DNA of 64,000 bases from Lepidodermella squamata (lineage: Eukaryota > Animalia > Gastrotricha), in the NCBI GenBank assembly GCA_047495785.1, contig JBLDXI010000009.1:2914001-2978000 (forward strand). The letters are read 5' to 3'. Below, piece by piece: positions 11,654 to 20,825 of this stretch. Position numbers and translations under genes: made by a program. Position 1 is the stretch's first letter, and each line of letters opens with the position of its first letter. The notes beneath the pieces are model-generated. The model searched no databases, was not told where the DNA came from, and saw only the letters and a program-made list of their open reading frames with translations.

Positions 11654-12306
11654 TGTCACACCTATCTATTAGAACAGAGTTATATCAAACCAGTAGCTTG
11701 ATCAACTCGAATAACAGATAGAGAATTAATTCTGGTATTTGATATTTTATTGCGACACTTGTTCGGTGACACAGGGCAGAAGTCTTCGGATGACTTCGTC
11801 GACAGTTAGTAGCACACGTAATTCTAGTGTCATAAACTAATCAAAGCTCGTGAGCTGTTAGCTTTGCTAGTTCTAGTGGTCTGCTAGTTAAGCTTGTTAG
11901 TTAGTTGATACAGAATGAGAAACATGGAGTTTATATAGGCTCATGCTACTGCGTCATTGGAATATTGCCAAGATCCATCATAGTACTTTCTATAGATGAT
12001 TCATATTTATTAAGTCGAAGCTATGATGAGTCATAATTATTATGACGTATCGATTGCATCATGGAGATGAGTCATTATTCCTATTGCGTATTGATTGCGC
12101 ATTATCTTTGAATCGATTGCTGATCGATTTCCTATTGCGTATTTCGAGATTGCTGATGCGTAGTTACGAATTATTGTTGCGTACGGAGGTGCGTCGTAAC
12201 TCATTTCTGATGTTCGAGCGTTGGTGGCTTGAAACCGGTAGCTGGTATTGAAAATATGAATAAACCTTTTGAAACGTATTGGTGTTGAGTGTTTAATCCG
12301 ATGACA
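11654..12306 (-). repeat. 3' LTR
   Basis: No differences from 21018-21670 seen by eye; minus-strand AATAAA at 11746-11751. Confidence 0.95.
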
Positions 12307-12321
12307 CCTCCCGCGTTACTT
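12307..12321 (-). promoter_or_regulatory. Polypurine-tract-like sequence
   Basis: AAGTAACGCGGGAGG immediately before the 3' LTR on the minus strand; purine-rich but imperfect. Confidence 0.6.
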
Positions 12322-12753
12322 TACATTTCGTCCCGAAATGATGGCGACTTTTCAAAACGCGTCGGTTGATTTTTGGCAAAAATTCCAGAATCCTGCGGCG
12401 AAAACTAAATTTTATTTGGTAAAACAATTTTTAAAATATTTTTAAAATATTATTTTAGCATCAATAATTATTTATTTAGCTAAAATATATTTTTCCTTCA
12501 CATTTCTCAGGAGTTTTCGAGAAAAAGTTGCAGGTTTAAGTTAGTAGGTGAACGTGATTTTTCAGCGGTTTTGGGTGGTTTTTCACTCTTCAAGACTTTG
12601 TCCACTCAGGTTTCTTTATTAAAACGACCGTTTTACTTAGTTCTTTAGGGCTTTTACTAACAATTTTCGTATTTTGTTTATCTAAATCGTTTCTAGGTTT
12701 TAATGGGTGACATAGGGAAGTTCACGCAGTGTTTATCTTTTACGCTCTTCTTT

Positions 12754-13350
12754 CTACCACTTCGGTTCTTGCTGTTGATATGTTTCGGGTGACCAGACTG
12801 ATACGCATCCGGCCTTTGGCGGGAATTCATGCTGGATCCGGACCACTGTGTCCAAATTTATGTTGAATTTGCCATCTGTTACGTGCATGTTGAACACATG
12901 GGCTGGCTGTGTTTGCACATAGTGATTGTCCCTTACGGGTCCTGCTACCTCCTTCTCTTGGCCTGTTGTTACTGCAGTCGTACTTGCGCTCAGATTCGGC
13001 ATAGTTTCGACCGCCAATTTTGGTACCAGGATCTTAGGTGAGCACCTCTGGGTCTCTTCCTGTGGTTGCTTGCTTAGACGATAGATCCCGTTGCTCGTGG
13101 CTGCTTCTCCAGCCAAAGTTCTTCGTAGCGCAATGGCTTCTTCTTCTTGCTGCTTTTCTTCTCGCGATATGTATTTCGATCTTAGGGGAATACTTTCGGC
13201 GTAGAGTTGATCATATGGAGCCGGTCTCTTTGTCCGGTCCATACGGACTCGTTCCTCCGGTGTGGCCTCTTGATATTCGCGAGCATAACGGTAACGCCGC
13301 GATTCCATCTTGGATGGCGACAGTTCTTTCTTGGAAACTTTGGCAGCCAT
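12754..13350 (-). CDS. Retrotransposon accessory ORF F (198 aa), unknown; charged N-terminus with KRPAPY NLS-like motif
   Basis: ATG-initiated, same strand as gag-pol, GC-richer than the AT-rich flanking spacers. Confidence 0.65.
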   Translation of the reverse strand: MAAKVSKKELSPSKMESRRYRYAREYQEATPEERVRMDRTKRPAPYDQLYAESIPLRSKYISREEKQQEEEAIALRRTLAGEAATSNGIYRLSKQPQEETQRCSPKILVPKLAVETMPNLSASTTAVTTGQEKEVAGPVRDNHYVQTQPAHVFNMHVTDGKFNINLDTVVRIQHEFPPKAGCVSVWSPETYQQQEPKW

Positions 13351-13582
13351 TGATAATAATTTTTCAAAATTCTAAGATTATAGATTATATTAAGTTTAAC
13401 AAGTTTTAAATTTTGCCTTTTCCTTTTATTGTTTCTAGGTTCTAGATTTGTAAAACAGTAAAGACTGAGCTTATGGTTTAATGAGTCGGCTTCTTGTGAT
13501 GATTTGTCGGTGCTAGTATGGCTGTCATGGTTGGTTATCTATGGTCGAACATTATGAAGTTCCTCTGTTGTGACGGGGCTGT

Positions 13583-13885
13583 TTATTCTTCCATCATGGG
13601 TGAACCATTTGTCAACGTCTCCTCTGACGTTGCAGGCGTTGTGGTTGGCGAGATAGTATCTAATACGAGTAGTATCAGTTCGAACGAGGTCTCGAGGAAA
13701 ATAAGGATTGTGGGTACAATCCTTGTCCCTATGGGGCTGACCGGCCGACCATCGAAACCGACCGGGTTGAAGTGGTCAATCCTCGTCAGAATTTCCCCGA
13801 ATGCAAAGTCGAGGTAAGCTCTGAGTTCGGGCACCGTCGTCGGTTGCCTGTACAGGGCCGTGGCGCGTTCTTGCAGATGAGCCAT
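13583..13885 (-). CDS. Retrotransposon accessory ORF E (100 aa), unknown
   Basis: ACAATGG start context, AT-rich spacers on both sides, hydrophobic/amphipathic segment IVPTILIFLETSFELILLVL. Confidence 0.55.
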   Translation of the reverse strand: MAHLQERATALYRQPTTVPELRAYLDFAFGEILTRIDHFNPVGFDGRPVSPIGTRIVPTILIFLETSFELILLVLDTISPTTTPATSEETLTNGSPMMEE

Positions 13886-14151
13886 TGTGAGTTTTGAAAA
13901 TTAATTTTATATTGAGGTAACAGAGTTCTAACAAGTTGAAGACATCAGTCATTAGGCCAGGCTTATTTATTTATTATGCCTTAGTTATTTTCTTGTCATG
14001 CCAGGGTATGCGTATAATATCCTTTTGGTAGTTGACTAGTATTATTTAACAAGGTATCAATGTAACAGACGCATGTTAGCAATTTGCTTTTTGTTTTCCA
14101 GGGATACAACTTTACTGATTGCCGTGGCTTTCGAGTCCTGGGTGAGCAGTT

Positions 14152-14580
14152 TTACGGGTCTGCAGGAGTCTGTCGCTGTGTCGGTGTGATGACGGCGAGC
14201 AATCGTGGCGGTCCGCGCTGGCTGGGTTGTCCGCTGGGCTCCGTGCCGAAGAGGTCGAAGCAGCATCGGGCGACTTCTTCCCCTCCGAACGTTTCCCTTA
14301 ATTGCGCGAGGACGGTCTGGTTTTGATACCATACTTGAAGGCAAGCGATGATTTCCGGGCCGAATTGTTTGATCACGTCTGGGCGATGCAGAGCTTCGAC
14401 CATTAAATGGAAGTTGGCCTGTTCTGCCAACGCCCGCCACCAGACCCAGACTTCGTCGGGCCGTCCTTCTTCCCAGCCGGGCTCCGGATACTGCTCGGGC
14501 AGGGACCGCTCCAGACTGGATGTAAATAGCCAGTCATTACACCACAGCCGAATGGGGTCGGTTATTGTATGGTCCACCGG
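14152..14580 (-). CDS. Retrotransposon accessory ORF D (about 142 aa), Trp/Cys-rich, no own 5' ATG
   Basis: Open frame starts right after TTTCTAG; in frame with the 50-aa ORF C (14581-14733), separated by one TAG. Confidence 0.55.
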   Translation of the reverse strand, partial: PVDHTITDPIRLWCNDWLFTSSLERSLPEQYPEPGWEEGRPDEVWVWWRALAEQANFHLMVEALHRPDVIKQFGPEIIACLQVWYQNQTVLAQLRETFGGEEVARCCFDLFGTEPSGQPSQRGPPRLLAVITPTQRQTPADP

Positions 14581-14733
14581 CTAGAAATTATACCGGCCCT
14601 GCTGGCGCTGCTTCTGGCGCCAGCGGCACCCGTCGATCGTAAAGAAAGTCAGTATCAATCGCAGCGCCCGTTGGTTTCGCTCGAGATCGCTGCTTGCGCG
14701 ATTGTCGTTTTGGTTGCCAGTGTTGACGTCCAT
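14581..14733 (-). CDS. Small accessory ORF C (50 aa, MDVNTGNQ...GRYNF), not in the supplied ORF track
   Basis: ACCATGG context, preceded by CTAAC...CTCAG branch/acceptor-like sequence. Confidence 0.4.
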   Translation of the reverse strand: MDVNTGNQNDNRASSDLERNQRALRLILTFFTIDGCRWRQKQRQQGRYNF

Positions 14734-14808
14734 GGTTGAGGTAATTCTTTATGCCTGAGCGTTAGTTTAACAATTAGTTGTTCGAATCTAGGATGCAATG
14801 TTAATTGG

Positions 14809-15030
14809 TTAATTAGTTATGCTTGGTGACAGTGTGTCCCATGGTACGCTGGGTGACAATGGCGCCGAATATTCTTCTAATTCGCCATCATCAGGCCAGT
14901 CGTCATGATCGAAGTTAGTCTGGTTGTCAAATAAGTCGAAGAGCGACGTGAACGAGAAGTCAAGAATTTCGGGTATACAGTTGTGGCGATATTGATGATT
15001 GGTGACAAGCGGTACCTCATGTGGCGCCAT
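14809..15030 (-). CDS. Retrotransposon accessory ORF B (73 aa), acidic/aromatic
   Basis: ATG-initiated; ILDFSFTSLFDLFD...DDWPDDGELEEY. Confidence 0.45.
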   Translation of the reverse strand: MAPHEVPLVTNHQYRHNCIPEILDFSFTSLFDLFDNQTNFDHDDWPDDGELEEYSAPLSPSVPWDTLSPSITN

Positions 15031-15102
15031 GAAGCTTTACTAGGTACGTTATTCAAGTTTAATTTGTAGAGCTAGGGCTCACTTGCTGCTTACGCGCTTA
15101 GG

Positions 15103-15615
15103 CTAAGGCGCGTTTCTGCAAATGCAAGCAAGTTCATCGATGAGGCGGTAGTAGACGCACTGGTCTATTTCCAAGTCGATTTCATAAATGTCGGAACATT
15201 GAACTATCAGCTCCTTATATAGCGCTACGCCGCATTTTTCAAACGTTTCGCAGCGTTGTTCCAGAACGGTCTTTTCGCAACGGCTTGTTACTATTTTTAT
15301 CGGCTCGTGCCCTGGTATGCCGGTGGTATTTTTGTCGGTTAACACCTCGGCACAGGGTGCGGCCGCGCCTGTTGCGTTGAGCGCGTCGGTATTATTATCT
15401 GCGTGTTCATTAGCGACTGCGCACGGAGCCACTTGCGTTTCATTTATTGATGTGCGCGCGGGCTCGGCAGCTATCATAGCGGCGATCGGTATTTCTTGTT
15501 TTAGCGCTTCCAACCCGCTTACAGTTTTATAAATCAGGAACGCGGTCGTCGTGACCATCGCGATGAGCGCTAGCGCCTGCAGCACGTTCTTTCCTAAAGC
15601 GATGTAGTTGCACAT
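15103..15615 (-). CDS. Retrotransposon accessory ORF A (170 aa), predicted type II membrane or secreted Cys-rich glycoprotein
   Basis: N-terminal hydrophobic helix, four N-x-T sequons (NET, NNT, NAT, NTT), C-terminal domain with 7 Cys ending in CIC. Confidence 0.7.
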   Translation of the reverse strand: MCNYIALGKNVLQALALIAMVTTTAFLIYKTVSGLEALKQEIPIAAMIAAEPARTSINETQVAPCAVANEHADNNTDALNATGAAAPCAEVLTDKNTTGIPGHEPIKIVTSRCEKTVLEQRCETFEKCGVALYKELIVQCSDIYEIDLEIDQCVYYRLIDELACICRNAP

Positions 15616-15807
15616 TGTCCAATCGTGTTGATGAATACGGTCTCTGTAATTTTATCCTTACGTAGTTTATGCGCTCCGGCCTTCGAGCTGTCAATTCCTT
15701 ATTCAATCAAAAAGAAAGGTTGCTCGTAAGCGCTCTGCCCGGGAAATTTTAAGACGTCTTGCTAGCGAGTTTTCTTTTTGTTTGAATATTTCTCCCTCCT
15801 TTTTCGG

Positions 15808-18800
15808 CTACTTGTCCGATTTCTGGTACATAGATTCGTTTATGCGCGGTTCTTTGTAACATTTTCCCAGTTTAGCCGCTCTTGCCGGTAACTCTCTGTG
15901 TATTATGTTGCTGCTTCCACTCGTTTTACACGTGATCCCTGTTTCTGCCGAGCTGGGTTCTGAGGCCGTTATGATGTTTTGTGGTGTGATGGTGGGCCCG
16001 GATGCTATTTCTGGCAGTGGTGGTGGCGTGATGTTGGGCAGGTTTCTGCTTGCTGCCTCACTGTATGTTATGTATTGCGTAGTCTGTATTGGCTCCATTC
16101 GCACTATCGGTTGGTGCGCTAACAGCCTCTGTAGCTCTTCGGCGCTGACTGTGCGCGCTTGATTTGACGTGTTATTGTTTGGCAGACTAGGCGCCGATGC
16201 CTCAGTGTTCCATTGTTCTATGTCATACTCGTCTGCGGGTAACAGTTGCAATGTGCGGCTTTTCTTTTGTAATGTGGTCTGCGTTGTGCTGCGTGAGTTG
16301 CGCTGTTGCTGTTGCGCTATCTCGAATTCGGTCATTTTATCTAGTTGAGCCGGGACATCGCCATAGTATTCTTTTAAGCGGTTGCGATGTACTACTTTTT
16401 CCTTACCGCTACCGTTAAACAGTCGTATTGCGTAGTTGAGCGCTCCGTAGCGCGCTACAACCGTGTACGGGCCGCGCCATGCGCAATGGAATTTCGCAGA
16501 CTGCCCTCTTTTTACCACTGGGTTATGCAGCCACACCAGCTCGCCTTCTTGGAAGGGCTCGCAGTTTTTGCTTCCTTGATCGTATGTACGCTTTTGGCGT
16601 GCGCGCGCCTGCGCTAGTTTTTGCCGCGTTTCTTTGAATGCGGTGCGTAAGCGTGTGTAGACTTTTTGTGCGTACTCACTACGGTTTTGGATTTCATGAC
16701 TGAATGCTGGCTCTTGAATGGCTACGTCTATCGGTAGCTTTGCATGCCGGCCAGTCATTAGATAGAATGGTGCGTAAGATGTTGAGTCGTGCGTGCTGGT
16801 GTTATACGCAAATAGCGCTGATTTAAGATAGACATCCCAATCGAATTGCGTAGCAGGAGTCAGATATTTAGCTATGATATCCTGTACTGTTTTGTTCATG
16901 CGCTCGCAAAACCCATTGCTCATAGCGTGGTATGGTGTGGTGTGTACGTGTTTAGTACCCAGGATTGCGCAGATATCGTTTATTAGCTTGGCCTCGAAGT
17001 TTCGACCATTGTCGTTTAACAAAATTTGGCTGCGCCCCCACCTAAAAACAAAGTCGAGCAGACAATCAGCCACTGATTCGGCTGTAATATTTTTAAGCGG
17101 ATATCCCTCAATATATTTTGTGAAGTGGTCGCCTATTAGCAGAATGTAATTGTTGCCTTTCTTTGTTGTAGGTTGGATTGGACCCATTACGTCCCATGCT
17201 ACGAGTGCCATTGGCTCCGTTGTGTCAATTGGTTGCAGGGGAGCGACCGGGTGCGCGTTTGGCGCTTTTCGTTGTTGGCAGTCATGGCATTTCCGGACGT
17301 AGTCAGCAATTGTTTCTTCCATCTTTGGCCAGTAAAATCGTTGTCGAACGCGATCCAGGGTACGATCGAGTCCCAAGTGTCCTGCATTCACATCGTTGTG
17401 CAAGCTTTTCAATACTCTGTCTTGTAATGCTGGCGGTATCCATGGACGGTTATCGTTGCCGAGTTTTACAATTACTCCTTTGGAATTATGTAAGAGTTTT
17501 GCCTTTTTCCATGAATCATCTTTTTGCTGAGCTTGCTTTATTTCTTCTAGGGCGACGATTACATCGGGGTCGCTTTGGAGACCTACGACGTTTATGGGTT
17601 CGGGTCGTCTTGACAAAGCGTCTGCGTTGGCGTGTTTGGCTCCAGGACGATAGATGAAGTCGAAGTCGTACTCTTGTAAAAACATCTGGTATCGTGACAG
17701 CTTTCCTCCGACATCGCGGCATCTGTTAATGGTGACCAGGGGATTGTGGTCCGTGATCAATTCGAACTTTCCTCCTTGGTGTCGCGTCGCTAAGTACGGT
17801 CGAAACGTCTTAATGGCCCACGTCGCACCAAGCAGCTCTCGCTCTGTTGTCGAGTATTTCTGCTCCGTCTTGTTAAGCGTGCGACTGGCATAGGCGATCA
17901 CCACTTCCTTACCGTCGTGTACCTGGCTTAGGACAGCGCCAACTGCGAAGTTGGAAGCGTCTGTGTAAACCCGAAAGGGTAAGTCGAACCTTGGATATGC
18001 TAATATAGGCGGACTTATCAACTTTTGCTTCAGAGTTTCAAAGGCTTCCTGCGCTTCGCTTGACCAACGAAAGTTTTGTTCTGACTTGCGTGTCAACGCG
18101 GTTAGTGGGGCCGCGATTTTTGCGAAATCAGGTACGTAGCGGCGGTAATACGAGGCTAGACCAAGGAATGCTCGGACCTCCGTAATGTCGCGTGGTGCTG
18201 GGTAGTCGCGGACTACTTTGACCTTCCCTTCGTCCGGTCTCACCCCTTGTGCAGTCACGATGTGGCCAAGGTATGGTACTTCTTGCTGTGCGAAATGACA
18301 TTTAGACGCTTTTATTTTCAGTCCTGCGCGTCTTAGTCGATCGAATACCCGTCGGATGCTGTCGAGATGTTCTTCGAATGTTCGGCTGAATATCAAGATG
18401 TCGTCCAAATATACCAAACATCGTTCGAAGAGTAGTCCGTTCAGGACGTATCCCATTAGTCTTTGAAACGTCGCCGGTGCGTTACTGATTCCGAATGGGA
18501 GTACGCAAAATTCGAACAAACCAAATGGACTTGAGAATGCCGTCTTTGGTTTTGATTCCTCCGTGAGTCCGACTTGCCAGTACCCGGATGCAAGGTCGAT
18601 GCCTGTGAACCAGGCTGCTCCCGACAGGGCGTCGAGTGTATCGTCGATCCGGGGCAGCGGGAATGCGTCTTTTTCCGTCATGGAATTTAATTTTCGAAAA
18701 TCGATGCAAAAGCGTACTGAACCATCCTTCTTGGGCACGAGTACGATCGGGCTGGCCCATCCGCTTGTGCTTGGTCGGACGACTCCGGCAGCTAGCATTT

Positions 18801-19848
18801 CGTCCAGTTCCTTTCGGATGATTTCGCGTTCTTTGAACGTCGTTCTTCGCGGTAGCTGCTTCACCGGTCTTCCCGTGGTCCGAATTTCGTGCTTTACTAC
18901 ATTGCATTTGCCGAGATCCCGCTTTCCTTTCGAGAAGATGTCGTTGTACTCGATTAGCAAGGCCTTCAACTGCTCCCTTTGTTTGTCTGTTAACTGTGGT
19001 GAGCTTAAGTCGAGACCCTCCGGCACAGTGGCTTGTTCTGCTTTCTTTTGCACTCCTGTTCCTACCGAATTGATGATCGGAGCTGTCTTGCTGGGGATTT
19101 CGGACTCGGCGACCTGTTCTAGGTAAGCTATCTTTTGATCTTTGTGTAGGACTAGCGGGCATTTTGACACGTTTAGGATGGGCACTACTATTTTCCCTTC
19201 CTTTGCGCGGACCAGTGCGTGACCTATTAGGTATGCGGGCTGTTCTCCTCCCAGCTCGATAGGGTTCGTAATGCCTACCCTACCGTCCGGTATGTCCGCG
19301 TGTCCTTCCACTAGCGCTGCCGTTTCCGGGGCTATTTGTGTGGCTTTTACTAGCCTTATGGGTTCTAGGGCTTCTGGTATGACCACTTGGTTAACTTGTA
19401 TGGTCTGGTTAAGTTCCTTCAGCGGTATTTTATTTCCGTCGAGGCTGATTTCTCTTTTAGACCAGTTGACCTTGGTGGTGCATTTTTCTAGGAAATCTGC
19501 GCCCAAGAGCCCTTCTGTGCATAAATTATTTACAAACAGAAAGTTGTGCTTGTAGGAATGGGGTCCCAGTTGAAACAGAATTTCTGCTTCTCCTGCCAGG
19601 TTGAGGGGCTTGCCGTCGGGGCCTACTGCCGTTGCCTTCTTTGTCAGAGTTCCCTTGGGTAGGTACTTAGACTTTAGACAACTTTTAGCGGCTCCCGTGT
19701 CGACTAGAACGTTTATTTTATTATTGTTTACTGTAAATTCTATGGCTAGTCCCTTAACACTGTTTTTACCCACTTGAGCTATTAATGCGGGGTTTGGCTT
19801 TTGGGACGGCGTTCCCCCGTTCGCTACACCGGCCCTTCCTAGTTTCCC
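15808..19848 (-). CDS. pol: Pol polyprotein (protease, RT, RNase H, integrase), reached by -1 frameshift from gag
   Basis: VDTGA protease, YLDD RT, TDAS RNase H, HHCC zinc-binding and D-D-E integrase (AWDVMGP, NDNGRNF, CERMN), GPY motif, then a long Q/T/P-rich tail; the frame is open from the GGGAAAC heptamer. Confidence 0.95.
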   Translation of the reverse strand, partial: GKLGRAGVANGGTPSQKPNPALIAQVGKNSVKGLAIEFTVNNNKINVLVDTGAAKSCLKSKYLPKGTLTKKATAVGPDGKPLNLAGEAEILFQLGPHSYKHNFLFVNNLCTEGLLGADFLEKCTTKVNWSKREISLDGNKIPLKELNQTIQVNQVVIPEALEPIRLVKATQIAPETAALVEGHADIPDGRVGITNPIELGGEQPAYLIGHALVRAKEGKIVVPILNVSKCPLVLHKDQKIAYLEQVAESEIPSKTAPIINSVGTGVQKKAEQATVPEGLDLSSPQLTDKQREQLKALLIEYNDIFSKGKRDLGKCNVVKHEIRTTGRPVKQLPRRTTFKEREIIRKELDEMLAAGVVRPSTSGWASPIVLVPKKDGSVRFCIDFRKLNSMTEKDAFPLPRIDDTLDALSGAAWFTGIDLASGYWQVGLTEESKPKTAFSSPFGLFEFCVLPFGISNAPATFQRLMGYVLNGLLFERCLVYLDDILIFSRTFEEHLDSIRRVFDRLRRAGLKIKASKCHFAQQEVPYLGHIVTAQGVRPDEGKVKVVRDYPAPRDITEVRAFLGLASYYRRYVPDFAKIAAPLTALTRKSEQNFRWSSEAQEAFETLKQKLISPPILAYPRFDLPFRVYTDASNFAVGAVLSQVHDGKEVVIAYASRTLNKTEQKYSTTERELLGATWAIKTFRPYLATRHQGGKFELITDHNPLVTINRCRDVGGKLSRYQMFLQEYDFDFIYRPGAKHANADALSRRPEPINVVGLQSDPDVIVALEEIKQAQQKDDSWKKAKLLHNSKGVIVKLGNDNRPWIPPALQDRVLKSLHNDVNAGHLGLDRTLDRVRQRFYWPKMEETIADYVRKCHDCQQRKAPNAHPVAPLQPIDTTEPMALVAWDVMGPIQPTTKKGNNYILLIGDHFTKYIEGYPLKNITAESVADCLLDFVFRWGRSQILLNDNGRNFEAKLINDICAILGTKHVHTTPYHAMSNGFCERMNKTVQDIIAKYLTPATQFDWDVYLKSALFAYNTSTHDSTSYAPFYLMTGRHAKLPIDVAIQEPAFSHEIQNRSEYAQKVYTRLRTAFKETRQKLAQARARQKRTYDQGSKNCEPFQEGELVWLHNPVVKRGQSAKFHCAWRGPYTVVARYGALNYAIRLFNGSGKEKVVHRNRLKEYYGDVPAQLDKMTEFEIAQQQQRNSRSTTQTTLQKKSRTLQLLPADEYDIEQWNTEASAPSLPNNNTSNQARTVSAEELQRLLAHQPIVRMEPIQTTQYITYSEAASRNLPNITPPPLPEIASGPTITPQNIITASEPSSAETGITCKTSGSSNIIHRELPARAAKLGKCYKEPRINESMYQKSDK
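19788..19848 (-). promoter_or_regulatory. -1 programmed ribosomal frameshift signal (slippery site + predicted H-type pseudoknot)
   Basis: G GGA AAC (19848-19842) just before the gag TAG; 6-nt spacer; stem GGGCCGGTGT/ACGCCGTCCC; loop CGGGG can pair with downstream CCCCG. Confidence 0.8.
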
Positions 19849-20825
19849 CAGTCCTGCTCGGCGGGTTTATTGAGCTCGGATTCACTTTTTGTTGGGCGAC
19901 GACAGTTTCGTTTGATGTGGCCCTCCTTTCCGCAGTTATAGCATTTAACGGGTCGTCTTCTCTGGTTATTGAACCGTCCCGGTCCGTTGCTATTGCCACG
20001 GAAAGAGTTATTGTTGCGCCGAAATGGTCGATCCTCCGGCTCCCCAACTCTTTGCTTTTCCATCTTATCTGCTAGTTGGTCTAACTTTTCGTCCTTTTTC
20101 TTTTGCAGCTCTATTTGCTGTGTCAACAGACCGATTAACAATGGTGTCGTGGAGTCTGTGATATTGCCGATAACTGGTGAAGTGCCGATGGCGCCAAGTT
20201 TAAGCGCTCGTTCTTCTCGCTCGGCCAATTCAACGGCTTTTTCGAGCGTAGCTGGGTCGCCGCTTGCCTTGAAGACGGCGATTCGAAGGTCTGGTCGTAG
20301 ACCTGCCATGAAGCGAGCAAGCAGTTTTGCGTCTTGGATGGCTTTTGTTGCCTCCGGGTCGGCTAACTTCATCAGCTTCCTGAGAGCTGCGAGGAAATCT
20401 CGGACTGTCTCGCTGGGTTGCTGAGTTTTGTTTTGAAATCGAACCTCAGCGACAGCTTTGTCGACTTCCAAATGGGCTCCTTTGGCCAGTATTTCTTTTG
20501 CCGCCTTTAAGCTGTAGACCGAATCGCGGTTTTCGGCTTCCCAAATTTCGAGCAGTTTAGCCGGCAGATATGCAGGCAAGACTTTCAAAACCATGCGAAT
20601 TTTGTCCCTTGCTGCTGTTTGGGCTGTAGCTGCTGCTGTTCGTGTTGTTTCGTCTGGTATCGCTGTGGCTGATACGTCGCGAGTTGCTGCGGTGTCGTCT
20701 ACTCCGCATGCTATGGCAATAGCGCTGAAATGCTGCCAGCTTTCCTCGAATTCTTCTGGTGATTCGCTCGAGATTTTCGGCAAAGCGTGAAGACATCTTT
20801 GTAATTCTAGAGTGGTGTGTGCCAT
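19839..20825 (-). CDS. gag: Gag (capsid + CCHC nucleocapsid)
   Basis: 328 aa; QQPSETVRDF major-homology-like region, RFMAGLRPDLR, zinc knuckle CYNCGKEGHIKRNC. Confidence 0.92.
   Translation of the reverse strand: MAHTTLELQRCLHALPKISSESPEEFEESWQHFSAIAIACGVDDTAATRDVSATAIPDETTRTAAATAQTAARDKIRMVLKVLPAYLPAKLLEIWEAENRDSVYSLKAAKEILAKGAHLEVDKAVAEVRFQNKTQQPSETVRDFLAALRKLMKLADPEATKAIQDAKLLARFMAGLRPDLRIAVFKASGDPATLEKAVELAEREERALKLGAIGTSPVIGNITDSTTPLLIGLLTQQIELQKKKDEKLDQLADKMEKQRVGEPEDRPFRRNNNSFRGNSNGPGRFNNQRRRPVKCYNCGKEGHIKRNCRRPTKSESELNKPAEQDWGN

Noticed and set aside
12042-12251. 69-aa ORF repeated at 21406-21615
   Set aside because: Lies antisense within the LTR U3; the duplication only reflects LTR identity.
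15103-15615. Calling ORF A a canonical env
   Set aside because: Too short; no furin site, fusion peptide or C-terminal TM anchor.
15808-16350. Chromodomain at the integrase C-terminus
   Set aside because: The tail is low-complexity Q/T/P/S with no chromodomain aromatic pattern.
18482-19162. 226-aa alternative-frame ORF and other ORFs overlapping pol or gag
   Set aside because: Shadow ORFs of a GC-rich coding region with no recognisable motifs.
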